The notes: a model not told the origin generated them from the sequence alone. Positions 53,782 through 63,489 are shown, counted from the first letter of the stretch. The stretch: 64,000 nucleotides of DNA from Candidatus Omnitrophota bacterium (GCA_023247725.1 JAHFFW010000011.1:5089-69088); one strand, 5' to 3'. A program made the numbers and translations.

Positions 53782-54462
53782 ATGGATTCGGGGTCAGCGC
53801 TGGGAGTTCTTTTGGTCTTCATGCTTGTCGGCGGCTGTGCTACGGTCGAACACCGTCGAGAAATTCCCCCACCCGCCAAGAAACTCTCAGCCCAAAACGG
53901 CATTTACCATAAGGTGAAGGCAGGAGAAACCATCTGGCGCATTGCCAAAACCTATGGAGTGGATGTCGAGGCGATTGTCAAAAGCAATAATATCCCCAAC
54001 GTTGCGTTGATCGAGAAAGATCAGTTGGTCTTTATTCCGGGAGCCTTAGCCGTCAAGGACGTGGGTCCGGTGGCCGAACGCGTGAATGTTTCCGATCCCG
54101 GAGAATTCATCTGGCCGGTGAAAGGAAGAATCCTGTCTTATTTCGGCGAACGTTATCAGTCCCGCGCCAATCGTGGAATCGCCATCCAAGCCCCGGAAGG
54201 AGAAAGCGTCAAGGCCTCCCGCAGCGGAAAGGTGGTCTTTGCCGATTATCTCAACGGATATGCATACACCGTGATCCTTGATCACGGCGATGGATTTTTT
54301 TCCGTTTATGGGCAGAATTCTCGTCTCTTGGTCAAGCTGGGCGAGATGGTGAGCCAGAATCAGCCCTTAGCCTTGCTGGGAAAACAGGGGGAGGTTTCAT
54401 TTTTGCATTTTGAGATAAGAAAAAATTCCGTTGCCGACAATCCGCTTTACTATTTGCCATGA
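53782..54462 (+). CDS. LysM + M23 peptidase lipoprotein (NlpD-like murein hydrolase activator)
   Basis: Lipobox LVGGC, LysM (HKVKAGETIWRIAKTYGV), and an M23 domain (...GIAIQAPEGESVKAS..GKVVFAD...). ORF-track start 53641 runs through the tRNA and is rejected. Confidence 0.8.
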   Translation: MDSGSALGVLLVFMLVGGCATVEHRREIPPPAKKLSAQNGIYHKVKAGETIWRIAKTYGVDVEAIVKSNNIPNVALIEKDQLVFIPGALAVKDVGPVAERVNVSDPGEFIWPVKGRILSYFGERYQSRANRGIAIQAPEGESVKASRSGKVVFADYLNGYAYTVILDHGDGFFSVYGQNSRLLVKLGEMVSQNQPLALLGKQGEVSFLHFEIRKNSVADNPLYYLP

Positions 54463-56096
54463 ACACGATTGATTTGAAAAAAGATTTCTTTGGCCGAAAA
54501 AATGTTCTCAATCTTCTGTCGCGCCGAGTGGCCGGCCTCAAAGAAGGTTATCGCCAGAATGTGGCGATCCTGGGGAATCGTTTCATCGGCAAATCTTCCG
54601 TCATTTATAAATTTTTAGCCGATTTGGATGATGATTCCGTCGCGGAAATCTATTTGGATCTGGGAAACAAAGATGTTGAATATCTTTTTGCCAAGTTCAT
54701 GGGCAGCCTTCTGCACAGTTATGCCGGATTTAAAAAACTGCCGCTGCAGGAGGATTTGAAACTTCTCATCGAAAGCACCCAAAAGTTCATTCCCCAAACG
54801 ATTGAAGAGATCAAAAAGATTCGAACCGAGCTCGCCAAAGGCAAATTGTCGGAAAGCTACCGTGGACTTTTATCGTTGCCCGAGGTGTTCACGGCGGAGA
54901 CCGGCCTTTTCTGTGTCATCATTTTGGATGAGTTTCATCATCTCGAAGAGTTGGGGATTGCGGATGTTTTTGTTGAACTCGGCAAGAAAATTATGACCCA
55001 AAAGAAATGCCTTTATATTGTGACGAGCTCGCTGCCCTTTGCCGCCAAGAAAATCCTTTCCGAGAAATTGTCGCTTTTATTCGGGAATTTTGAGACGATC
55101 TATCTGGGCCCTTTTGATTTGACCACCAGTCAAGAATTCATCGAACACCATCTGGGCGAGGTCAAAATCAGCGTGAGCCTGCGCAACTTCCTGACCGATT
55201 TCACCGGCGGTTATCCTCTCTACCTGCATTTGATTTGTCAGGAGATGATTGCTTTGAGTGCTTTTCATCGTCAGACTGAGGTGTTTTTGTCTTTGGTGAC
55301 GCAAGCGATCGAGAATACGGTTTTTGGCCCTTGGGGAGTGATCAGCCGTCATTTTGAATTTATGCTGCAGCATTTGTGCGAAGGCAAGGGCAACCGAATC
55401 TCAGCCTTGATTTTCCTGGCCATTGCCAGCGGCCGTCACAAGCTCCGAGACATCAGTTTGTATGTCGGGGGTTCGCAGAAACTCTTGCTGCAACGACTCG
55501 TCCGGCTGCAAGAAACGGGGCTCATTGTGAAAAACGGCCTCTTCTATCACCTCGACGATAAATTATTGCGTTATTGGATCAAATACGTTTATCACCGGCG
55601 TCTGAAGGCGATGGAATTGTCTTTTGAAAAATTGCGTCTGGAATTCCGCGCGGAGGTCGAACATTCTTATGAGAATTTCAATCTGGCCGCCGGCCAGGGA
55701 TTCATGGCGCGGGTGATTGGACTTTTGCAGTGTTTTGACAATGAGGCGCTCTCCATCAATGGCCGCAAATACAAGCTGCCCTTTTTCCGCAATATTGTTC
55801 CGGTCAAACTCGATCCCAGCAGCAGCCGGCCTATCGAAATGATCAAGGGCACGACCTCCGAGGGAGATTGGTTCATTGTCTTGGATGACCAAAGTCTAGG
55901 TGAAGGTGACCTCAGTGTGTTTTTATCCGAATCCAAAAAAATCAGCAAGAGACCGTCGCAGCGCTTGATCATCTCTCTGACGGACATTGATCCCAACGCG
56001 CGTTTGAAGGCCTTGGAAGAGCGGATGTGGATTTGGAATGAAGGGGAGCTCAATACCTTAATGAATATCTTCGATCAGCCCTACATTGTTAAATGA
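54459..56096 (+). CDS. AAA+ ATPase of the Arch_ATPase (PF01637-like) type with uncharacterised C-terminal domain
   Basis: Walker A GNRFIGKSS, Walker B VIILDEFHHLEE, 545 aa. 4-nt overlaps with both neighbours. Confidence 0.55.
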   Translation: MNTIDLKKDFFGRKNVLNLLSRRVAGLKEGYRQNVAILGNRFIGKSSVIYKFLADLDDDSVAEIYLDLGNKDVEYLFAKFMGSLLHSYAGFKKLPLQEDLKLLIESTQKFIPQTIEEIKKIRTELAKGKLSESYRGLLSLPEVFTAETGLFCVIILDEFHHLEELGIADVFVELGKKIMTQKKCLYIVTSSLPFAAKKILSEKLSLLFGNFETIYLGPFDLTTSQEFIEHHLGEVKISVSLRNFLTDFTGGYPLYLHLICQEMIALSAFHRQTEVFLSLVTQAIENTVFGPWGVISRHFEFMLQHLCEGKGNRISALIFLAIASGRHKLRDISLYVGGSQKLLLQRLVRLQETGLIVKNGLFYHLDDKLLRYWIKYVYHRRLKAMELSFEKLRLEFRAEVEHSYENFNLAAGQGFMARVIGLLQCFDNEALSINGRKYKLPFFRNIVPVKLDPSSSRPIEMIKGTTSEGDWFIVLDDQSLGEGDLSVFLSESKKISKRPSQRLIISLTDIDPNARLKALEERMWIWNEGELNTLMNIFDQPYIVK

Positions 56097-56575
56097 AAAT
56101 TGGAGTTGTTTCGGATACCCACTCCTTCCCGTTGCCCGCCCAGATGCTTCAAGATTTCCAGAAAGTGGATCTGATCGTTCACGCCGGAGATTTTTGCACG
56201 CGGGATATTCTCGAAGAGCTAAAAAAATTGGGCGAAGTCCGCGCCGTTCATGGCAATATGGACGGATCGTCTTTGCGAAAACTGTTGCCGCGAAGTCAAA
56301 TATTCGCCGTGGGCCGGTTTGCGGTGGGGCTTTTTCACGGAGAAGGACCGCCAGCGACATTGCTGGAAAAAGTCCGGGCGGAATTTCAAAAAAGCCACGT
56401 GGACGTCATCATCTTCGGCCATTCCCATCAACCGATGAATGCGGTCCGATCGGGAATCTTATTTTTTAATCCGGGCAGCGCCACGGATCAGGTGACGGCA
56501 CCATTTTGTTCGTACGGAATTCTCACCGTCGATGAGAATGGAATCAAAGGAGCGATCATCAAGGTCAAAGGATGA
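56093..56575 (+). CDS. YfcE/MJ0936-family metallophosphoesterase
   Basis: MKIGVVSDTHS...DLIVHAGDF...GNMD...GHSH, calcineurin-like phosphoesterase motifs. 160 aa. Confidence 0.8.
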   Translation: MKIGVVSDTHSFPLPAQMLQDFQKVDLIVHAGDFCTRDILEELKKLGEVRAVHGNMDGSSLRKLLPRSQIFAVGRFAVGLFHGEGPPATLLEKVRAEFQKSHVDVIIFGHSHQPMNAVRSGILFFNPGSATDQVTAPFCSYGILTVDENGIKGAIIKVKG

Positions 56576-57078
56576 AAGGGAAGGCAATGGATAATCTCTG
56601 GGCGCCCTGGCGGCTGAGATATATTTCCTTGTTAAAAACCAAACCCAAGGGATGCATCTTCTGCAACATGCTGGCCGAAGGGAAAGACAAAAAAAATCTG
56701 ATTGTCCTGCGCTCAGAGCATTCCTTCACGGTCTTGAACATTTATCCTTACAACAATGGTCATGTCCTGGTCGTTCCCAATCGGCATGTCAGGGATTTAG
56801 GCGAGCTAAACAAGCAAGAGCGAGAGGATCTCCTGAATTTGTTACAGTCCACGAAAGAATTGATTGACAAGGCCCTCAAACCGGGCGGCTATAACATTGG
56901 AATCAATCTTGGCAAGATTGCCGGGGCCGGTTTCCCCGGGCATCTGCATATCCATGTCGTTCCGCGCTGGGGCGGGGACGTCAACTTTATGCCGGTTTTG
57001 ACGAATACAAAAATCATTTCCCAGTCTCTGCGAACCCTGTTCAAACGCCTCAACGATGCGAACAAGAAAAGACATTGA
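56572..57078 (+). CDS. HIT-family nucleotide hydrolase/transferase (Ap4A phosphorylase / GalT-like branch)
   Basis: N-terminal LWAPWRLRYI and a histidine triad HLHIHVVPR. Confidence 0.75.
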   Translation: MKGKAMDNLWAPWRLRYISLLKTKPKGCIFCNMLAEGKDKKNLIVLRSEHSFTVLNIYPYNNGHVLVVPNRHVRDLGELNKQEREDLLNLLQSTKELIDKALKPGGYNIGINLGKIAGAGFPGHLHIHVVPRWGGDVNFMPVLTNTKIISQSLRTLFKRLNDANKKRH

Positions 57079-58222
57079 AGAGTTAGAAGAAAAAATCCTG
57101 GCGCCTTATGCCATGAAAAGCCGGGATTCGGCCGGGCGCTATTATCAGGAACCGGATCACGAGAGCCGCACCTGTTACCAGCGCGACCGCGACCGGATTG
57201 TTCATTGTGAAGCGTTTCGCAAATTGGAATACAAGACCCAGGTCTTTGTGATCTTCGAGGGGGATTATTACCGGACTCGATTGACGCACACCCTGGAGGT
57301 CTCCCAAATTTCCCGAACCATCGGCCGCAATCTTCGGCTCAATGAAGATTTGATTGAGGCGATCGCCCTCGCCCACGATCTGGGGCATCCTCCCTTTGGC
57401 CATGCCGGTGAGGCGGCGCTTAATCAGATCATGCGTCAGGCGAATTTGCGGGGCTTTAATCACAATGAGCGCAGCTATGAGATTGTTACTCAATACGAAA
57501 AACGGTATCCGCATTTCCCGGGTTTAAATCTGACCAAAGAGGTTTTGGTGGGAATCCTCAAACACAAATCCCCTTACGATTCGCCGGGCAAGGTCCGGGA
57601 ATTCTTGGATGAATTTCCGACGCTGGAAGCCCAGGTGGTTGACATGGCGGACTCTTTGGCGTATCTTAACCATGATATCGATGACGGTTTGACCTCCGGT
57701 TGTATCGAAGAGAGTGATTTGGTCGAAAGTGAACTCTGGCAGAAGGCCATCAAACACCTCGAGGCGCCTCTCAAAGACCAAACGCCGGAGATACGCAAAT
57801 ACCAAATCGTGAAAGAGCTGATTGATATGCAGGTCAAGGATTTGTTGTGCAATTCTAACCTGAGGTTGACGAAACAGAATTTTCGTTCTTCCAAGGACGT
57901 CAAACGAAGTCAAAAAGAAACGATCGGCTTTAGCGCAAAAATGGAGAAGGAACGCAATTTTCTCCAAGAACTGATTAACAAGAAGCTTTATCATCACTTT
58001 CGCGTGGAGCGAATGACGAATAAAGCCAAACGGATCATTGAAGCCTTGTTTCGCGTCTATCACACGGGGCCCACCCAACTGCCGCCGGAGGTTTATCAGG
58101 AAGGCAAACGATACAACCAAAGGCAGCTTTACGCTCTCATTTGTAATCACATCGCTTCCATGACCGACCGGTTTGCCCTCGATGAGCACAAGAAACTCTT
58201 TAATCCCTATGAAAAGGTATAA
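57056..58222 (+). CDS. dGTPase-like HD-domain deoxynucleoside triphosphate triphosphohydrolase
   Basis: ...LAPYA..S..S.GR...E...RTCYQRDRDRIVHCEAFRKLEYKTQVF...RLTHTLEV...LAHDLGHPPFGH..., Dgt-family motifs. Confidence 0.85.
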   Translation: MRTRKDIEELEEKILAPYAMKSRDSAGRYYQEPDHESRTCYQRDRDRIVHCEAFRKLEYKTQVFVIFEGDYYRTRLTHTLEVSQISRTIGRNLRLNEDLIEAIALAHDLGHPPFGHAGEAALNQIMRQANLRGFNHNERSYEIVTQYEKRYPHFPGLNLTKEVLVGILKHKSPYDSPGKVREFLDEFPTLEAQVVDMADSLAYLNHDIDDGLTSGCIEESDLVESELWQKAIKHLEAPLKDQTPEIRKYQIVKELIDMQVKDLLCNSNLRLTKQNFRSSKDVKRSQKETIGFSAKMEKERNFLQELINKKLYHHFRVERMTNKAKRIIEALFRVYHTGPTQLPPEVYQEGKRYNQRQLYALICNHIASMTDRFALDEHKKLFNPYEKV

Positions 58223-59252
58223 GCGGGTCTTATCCGCCGTGCACATGGTGTACCGGCTCGTCAATTCCACCTACAACGTGCGTGAGCTTTCGCTGCGCTT
58301 GACCCGGCTTTTGTGTCAGTTCATCCATGCGAGTTCCTCGAGCGTTTTTATCCTGGATTCCGCTCACAAAAAAATTGCCTTGATTGCTTCTTTCAATAAC
58401 AAGATCAATATGATTCAGGAAAAAAAGATTGAGGTGAATTCTTTGAGCAAGGCTGAACGGGAGGTGTCGCGAGGGGCTTCGATTTTTGCTAAACGATTCT
58501 TTGGTTTACCCCTCGTGGCAGAAGAAAATATCGGTGCCATTTTTATTCGGCGCAAGAAGAGCGAGCCTGCCTTTAATGAATTTGATCGAGAAATGCTCAC
58601 GGTCTTTGCCGAGCAGACCGTGACGGCGGTCAAAAATTTACAGCTTTACGAGCAGCAACAGAAAATTATCTTAGGGAGCATCAAGTTCCTGGGGAACATC
58701 ATTGAACAACAGGGTCCTGGCGCGACTCGCCACGCCTCCGCCTATAGCAAAATTATGAAATCCGTCGGGGAAAAACTAAAAATGAATCAGGATCATATTG
58801 AATCCCTGGAGTATGCGGGGCTTTTGCATGACACCGGGGCGATCGATGTCCCCTACGAAATCCTTTCTAAAACAAGTCGTTTAACGCCAGAGGAATTTAA
58901 AATTATCCGCAACCATCCGGCCCATTGTGTGGAATTGATCAAGCCCGTGGAATTTTTACGCCCGGTTTTGCCCATCATCCTTTATCATCATGAAAAGTTC
59001 GATGGCACCGGGTATCCGTCGGGTTTGCACAAGGAACAGATTCCCCTGGGGGCCCGGGTCATGGCGGTCGTGGACGCCTTTGAGGCCATGATCAGCACCC
59101 GGGCCTATCGCAAAACCATGTCGATTGAAGCCGCCTTGCAGGAACTGCGCCGGAATTCGGGAACCCAGTTTGATCCCCTGGTGATCAGTGCTTTTTGCGA
59201 ACTTTCCGCGCAAAAAAAATTCAGAAAGTACTTGAGTTTGATCCAGCGATAA
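58209..59252 (+). CDS. GAF-like + HD-GYP domain phosphohydrolase (putative c-di-GMP or other cyclic-nucleotide phosphodiesterase)
   Basis: HD motif (LLHDTG) and HHEKFDGTGYP (HD-GYP signature). The N-terminal ~180 aa are GAF-like. Confidence 0.75.
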   Translation: MKRYKRVLSAVHMVYRLVNSTYNVRELSLRLTRLLCQFIHASSSSVFILDSAHKKIALIASFNNKINMIQEKKIEVNSLSKAEREVSRGASIFAKRFFGLPLVAEENIGAIFIRRKKSEPAFNEFDREMLTVFAEQTVTAVKNLQLYEQQQKIILGSIKFLGNIIEQQGPGATRHASAYSKIMKSVGEKLKMNQDHIESLEYAGLLHDTGAIDVPYEILSKTSRLTPEEFKIIRNHPAHCVELIKPVEFLRPVLPIILYHHEKFDGTGYPSGLHKEQIPLGARVMAVVDAFEAMISTRAYRKTMSIEAALQELRRNSGTQFDPLVISAFCELSAQKKFRKYLSLIQR

Positions 59253-59280
59253 AATTATAATACGAATCACCCTTCTCAAA

Positions 59281-60009
59281 ATGAATATCAATTTCAAACA
59301 ATCTCAGTTCGAGCTTTTCCCCGGAACTCAAGGGGCGGTTACGGACGTTAGTAAGCCCCGGGTTTTCTTCGCTCATCTGACATTTTCCCTGGAAAATCTG
59401 GTGGTCGTCGGGATCGGCATGCTTTTAGTATTGATCCTTTCTTTTTCTTTCGGTGTCGAAAAAGGCAAGCGCATCATGATCGCCCGTTATACAAGTCAGA
59501 AAGAGAGGAGTGCTTCTGGTTCGGAACCGATCAACGGTCATTCAGTGCCGCCCGTCGGCGGCGCCCAGGCGAAACCGCAGTTGCCGTTAACCCCAAGCCC
59601 GGATTTGGACCGGGCTTCGCGGAAACCCCCGTCTTTGTCTGTCCCGAATCAGGATGCGGGTTCAACCATTTCCTCTGCGGTGGCCAAATTGATTGAGCAC
59701 AAGCTGGCTGCGCCAGAGGCCGCCAATGAATCCGGACAAACCTCGCCGGCGGTTGTCTATTCACCCGCCAAAGATTTTCCGGATAAGCCCTACACCGTGC
59801 AAGTGGCCTCTTTTAAGACGGACGAATATGCGCAGAAAGAAGCCGCCGCCTTGAAAGAAAAAGGATATGATATTCTCGTGATGCCAAAGGGACAACACAC
59901 CATCGTCTGTGTGGGAAGATTTTCCGACCAGAAAGAAGCCGAACGATTTTCGGATGGTTTTAAAAGAAAGAACAAAGAGTATCAGGATTGTTTAGTGAGG
60001 AGATTATAA
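59281..60009 (+). CDS. SPOR-domain protein (septal peptidoglycan-binding)
   Basis: TM helix, Pro/Ser-rich linker, and a C-terminal SPOR domain (...YTVQVASFKTDEYAQKEAAALKEKGYD...). Confidence 0.7.
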   Translation: MNINFKQSQFELFPGTQGAVTDVSKPRVFFAHLTFSLENLVVVGIGMLLVLILSFSFGVEKGKRIMIARYTSQKERSASGSEPINGHSVPPVGGAQAKPQLPLTPSPDLDRASRKPPSLSVPNQDAGSTISSAVAKLIEHKLAAPEAANESGQTSPAVVYSPAKDFPDKPYTVQVASFKTDEYAQKEAAALKEKGYDILVMPKGQHTIVCVGRFSDQKEAERFSDGFKRKNKEYQDCLVRRL

Positions 60010-60293
60010 TGGGAATTCACTCATCATTGAAGGTGGAGGCCGGCGGCATTCAGCAACGTTCCGTTTTGTCGCGCATCGAGCGGATCAAGGATTTGATGAA
60101 GAAAGGCCTCTGGGAAGAGAACCGTTCGGTCACCGGTTTGCCCAAAACCAAAGTCGTGCGGGTCAAGGCCAGAAAAGCGGCCAAAGCCAAAACCGAAGAA
60201 GGCGCCGCCGCACCCGCTGCCGGTGCCACCGCCGCCAAACCCGAAACTGCCGCGGCCAGTGCCGCTCCTGCAAAAAAAGCTCCCGCCAAATAA
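60009..60293 (+). CDS. Small basic protein with Ala/Lys-rich histone-like tail
   Basis: MGIHSSLKVEAGGIQQRSVLSRIERIKDLMKKGLW...GLPKTKVV, then the ...KAAKAKTEEGAAAPAAGATAAKPETAAASAAPAKKAPAK tail. TAATG overlap with the SPOR gene. Confidence 0.5.
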   Translation: MGIHSSLKVEAGGIQQRSVLSRIERIKDLMKKGLWEENRSVTGLPKTKVVRVKARKAAKAKTEEGAAAPAAGATAAKPETAAASAAPAKKAPAK

Positions 60294-60306
60294 GGCGCTC
60301 AACATC

Positions 60307-61221
60307 ATGATCAGACGGGTTGTTGTCCTCATTATTTTCCTGTGCCTTGGGAGCATGCCGGGGTATGGAGAAGAACGATTCCCTTTTATTGGAGAGGTCA
60401 GTGTCAATGAGGTCAATATCCGCGCCGGCCAGAGTGCCAACTTTGAAAAACTGGGCCGCTTGCAAAAGGGTGAAAAGGTTGTGGTCCTCGACAAACAGTA
60501 CAGCTGGTACAAGATTCGTTTGCCCTCGACATCCGAGGGTTACATTCACAGCAAATATATTCAGATTCTTGATGCTCATCGCGGTGTTGTGACCCATAGC
60601 CGGGTCAATATCCGTGCGCTTCCCAACGTCGACGCGTCCTCGTTAGGTCAAGCGGAAAAAAATACGATTGTCAAAATCGTCGGGCAAAAAGATGATTGGT
60701 TTGCCATTGAACCGCTGCCCAATTTGTTCGGATGGATCTCGACGGAATTCTTGGTCCGCACCAAGGATAGCATTCCGCCCCTCGCGGCGCTCGAGAAGTT
60801 TCATGAGCCGGAAAAACCAGCGTCAATGGACGTGGCAAAAATATCTCCGGCCAGTCCGATGGGATTCGATCCCTCGACTCGTACCCCGGCCATGGCCGGG
60901 GGTCCTTCGCTTGGGATGGAACCCAATCATAAGAAATCACGCGAGCAAATCCCCAAAGGGCAAGAAGAAGATACCACGGGCATGCCCGTGGGGTTCCATT
61001 TAGGGTCTGCGCTAACCGGTCAATTGGAGAAGGCGGCCGAAGGGGTTCGTTATCAATTAGTCGTTGGCGAGGAGGCGCGTTATGATCTGGAGGCTCCGTC
61101 GGAAATCTTGAGGCCATTTCTTAATTCCCAAGTCAAGGTACAGGGGCCCAAGTCCAGCAATCCTCTGGCGCCGGGCGCTTATCCAACCATTTCAGTTCAA
61201 AAAATCGAAAGGCTTTTATAA
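60307..61221 (+). CDS. Secreted protein with two bacterial SH3 (SH3b) domains
   Basis: Signal peptide, then two repeats of ...VN(V/I)RA.P....S...G.....V.(V/I)......W(Y/F)(K/A)I... Confidence 0.55.
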   Translation: MIRRVVVLIIFLCLGSMPGYGEERFPFIGEVSVNEVNIRAGQSANFEKLGRLQKGEKVVVLDKQYSWYKIRLPSTSEGYIHSKYIQILDAHRGVVTHSRVNIRALPNVDASSLGQAEKNTIVKIVGQKDDWFAIEPLPNLFGWISTEFLVRTKDSIPPLAALEKFHEPEKPASMDVAKISPASPMGFDPSTRTPAMAGGPSLGMEPNHKKSREQIPKGQEEDTTGMPVGFHLGSALTGQLEKAAEGVRYQLVVGEEARYDLEAPSEILRPFLNSQVKVQGPKSSNPLAPGAYPTISVQKIERLL

Positions 61222-61226
61222 AAACA

Positions 61227-61826
61227 ATGGAAATCTTTTTTCTTGTTTTAGGTTTTCTCCCCGCTGTTATTTTGCATGAATATGCTCATGGTTGGGTGGC
61301 TTTTCGCTGCGGAGATCCGACGGCGAAGATGGCCGGACGACTGACGCTCAATCCGCTCAAGCATATTGATCCCGTCGGGACTTTGATTTTGCCGGGGCTG
61401 TTGATCCTTTTACGTGCGCCTATCGTTTTTGGTTGGGCCAAACCCGTGCCCATTGATTATGGGCATCTGCGTTTTCCTCGTCGGGATATTGCGCTAGTCG
61501 CCTTGGCAGGACCGTTGGTCAATATCCTTCTTGCGATCAGCTTTAGTCTGCTTTTAAAATTGAATTTGTCTTTGCTGTTAGGAAATTTTTTGAGAATTTC
61601 TATTATCATCAATTTGGGCTTGGCGATCTTCAATTTGCTCCCGGTCCCGCCTTTGGACGGTTCCCGGCTGGTGTTGGCGTTGCTGCCTTTGCGGGCGGCC
61701 CGCTATTTTGCCCAATTGGAAAGCTATGGGATGATCATCCTGGTTATTCTGCTGGCCTTTAGGATCCTGGATTACCTGGTTTGGCCCGCGGTCCTTTATC
61801 TCGCCAAACTCTTAGGAGTCACTTAA
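61227..61826 (+). CDS. Site-2 protease family (M50) membrane metalloprotease
   Basis: HEYAHGW HExxH in the first TM, multiple TM helices, and ...LDGSR... (LDG motif). Confidence 0.7.
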   Translation: MEIFFLVLGFLPAVILHEYAHGWVAFRCGDPTAKMAGRLTLNPLKHIDPVGTLILPGLLILLRAPIVFGWAKPVPIDYGHLRFPRRDIALVALAGPLVNILLAISFSLLLKLNLSLLLGNFLRISIIINLGLAIFNLLPVPPLDGSRLVLALLPLRAARYFAQLESYGMIILVILLAFRILDYLVWPAVLYLAKLLGVT

Positions 61827-61831
61827 GACCC

Positions 61832-62920
61832 ATGCCGGTCATTTGCGCTTTTACTCCTTGTACTCATTACCCTATTGTCGTCGAGAATGGGCATTATGCC
61901 CGGTTGCCATTTTATCTGAAATCCCAAAACTTAGGACACGATGCTCTGATCATTACGAATCCTGTCGTCTGGCGACTGCATGGCCGGGCTCTGCAGGCCG
62001 GCCTTAACCGGAGCCGTTTGACGACGACAACGCTCACCGTCGCCGATACCGAACGCAGCAAATCCGCCCGCTGCGCCATGTCCTTATTGGAACGGATCGC
62101 CAAGATCGATCTAAAAAAAGGAATTTTTCTCGTCGCTTTTGGCGGTGGGGTGGTGGGGGATCTGGCTGGCTACGTTGCGGCGGTATATAAAAGAGGTGTT
62201 CCTTATATTCAAATTCCGACGACCCTTTTGGCCCAGATCGACTCGGCGATCGGAGGCAAGGTCGGAATCGACCTCTCCGTTGGAAAAAATCTCGTGGGGG
62301 CCTTTTATCAACCGAAATTGGTCTATAGCGATATCGCCGTTTTAAAGACGCTCGGCCTGCGGCAGATTCGCAATGGTCTGGCCGAAGCCGTCAAATATGG
62401 CGTGATTTCGGATCCCCGCTTGTTCATTTTCTTGGAACGCCATTATCAAGATTTTCTGCGATGCGACTCCAAGGTTTTGGAAACCATCGTCGCGTGGTGC
62501 AGCCGGATCAAGGCGGCGGTGGTCGCAAGGGATGAAAAAGAGACTAAAGGAATCCGGACGATCCTCAACTTCGGTCATACCGTCGGGCACGCTATTGAAA
62601 CGGCCGGCCACTATTCGCTTTATCAGCATGGAGAGGCGATCGGTTTGGGGATGAGGATTGCGGTGGATATTTCCCGGCAATTGGGTTACCTCTCCACGCC
62701 AACGCTTGAACGAATCGGGCGATTGCTCACGAACATCGGTCTGCCCGAGAACATCCAACGATTAAAAATGGATGATATCCTCAAAGCCATGGCCCATGAT
62801 AAAAAATTTAAAGACGGCCGCAACCGATTGGTCCTGGCTCGAGGCCTCGGTCGGGTTTTTGTCAGAGAGGATGTTCCGATGAATGTCATCAAAAAGGCCA
62901 TTCTTCGCGCAACGGCCTAG
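61832..62920 (+). CDS. aroB: 3-dehydroquinate synthase
   Basis: ...GGGVVGDLAGYVAAVYKRGVPYIQIPTTLLAQIDSAIGGKVGIDL..., the AroB signature. Start chosen at MPVICAF after the M50 stop. Confidence 0.88.
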   Translation: MPVICAFTPCTHYPIVVENGHYARLPFYLKSQNLGHDALIITNPVVWRLHGRALQAGLNRSRLTTTTLTVADTERSKSARCAMSLLERIAKIDLKKGIFLVAFGGGVVGDLAGYVAAVYKRGVPYIQIPTTLLAQIDSAIGGKVGIDLSVGKNLVGAFYQPKLVYSDIAVLKTLGLRQIRNGLAEAVKYGVISDPRLFIFLERHYQDFLRCDSKVLETIVAWCSRIKAAVVARDEKETKGIRTILNFGHTVGHAIETAGHYSLYQHGEAIGLGMRIAVDISRQLGYLSTPTLERIGRLLTNIGLPENIQRLKMDDILKAMAHDKKFKDGRNRLVLARGLGRVFVREDVPMNVIKKAILRATA

Positions 62921-62943
62921 GGATTCTTCTTTTATTCCTGCGA

Positions 62944-63489
62944 TCACGGTTGAATGGACAGGATCTCCACCTTCCCGTTAGAAAATAATTCCACCTTATC
63001 TTCCCCGATGGCGACGACTCTTTTGTTGCCGATGTAATCCCCGGCTTTGACGATGCGGTTGTTGATCAAAGCAATCGGCTGACCGTCGGTTGTCATAATT
63101 CCATTGAGCCGCAGCTCACCGGAATCTTGAACATTTAAAGAGGCATTCGTGGCCGCGACCATCTTGGCCAAGGCTTGTTGTCGGGCTAACTCTTGCTGCT
63201 TGGCTTGTTCTTGCATTTTAGCCAGATTGTCCTTTTTTTCTGAATAGATCAGAAAAAACGTTGTTATAAAACTCCCGACGATAACGGCAAAAAGAATTCC
63301 CCAAATGGTCCACATCCAAACGGGGGTTTTGTCGCTCGCTGTCGCAGCGACTGGGGTACGAGAAGGGGTGGTTTCTAATGGCGGTTGGATCGGTGGCGGT
63401 GAATCATTCTTTTCGGAATTTTCTCCCAAACTCGATTGGGTTTTCTTTAATGCATCATGGATGATGCTCATAAAATTTCCTCCACGCAC
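62944..63489 (-). CDS. Membrane protein associated with ExeA/GspA-type ATPase (GspB/ExeB-like; type II secretion or pilus assembly accessory)
   Basis: Cytoplasmic N-terminus, one TM, a Gln/Ala-rich coiled coil, and a C-terminal beta-rich domain. It lies immediately downstream of and overlapping the ExeA-like gene. Confidence 0.35.
   Translation of the reverse strand: MRGGNFMSIIHDALKKTQSSLGENSEKNDSPPPIQPPLETTPSRTPVAATASDKTPVWMWTIWGILFAVIVGSFITTFFLIYSEKKDNLAKMQEQAKQQELARQQALAKMVAATNASLNVQDSGELRLNGIMTTDGQPIALINNRIVKAGDYIGNKRVVAIGEDKVELFSNGKVEILSIQP

Noticed and set aside
57524-58270. 248-aa minus-strand ORF antisense to the dGTPase-like gene
   Set aside because: It is a shadow of a strongly supported + strand CDS.
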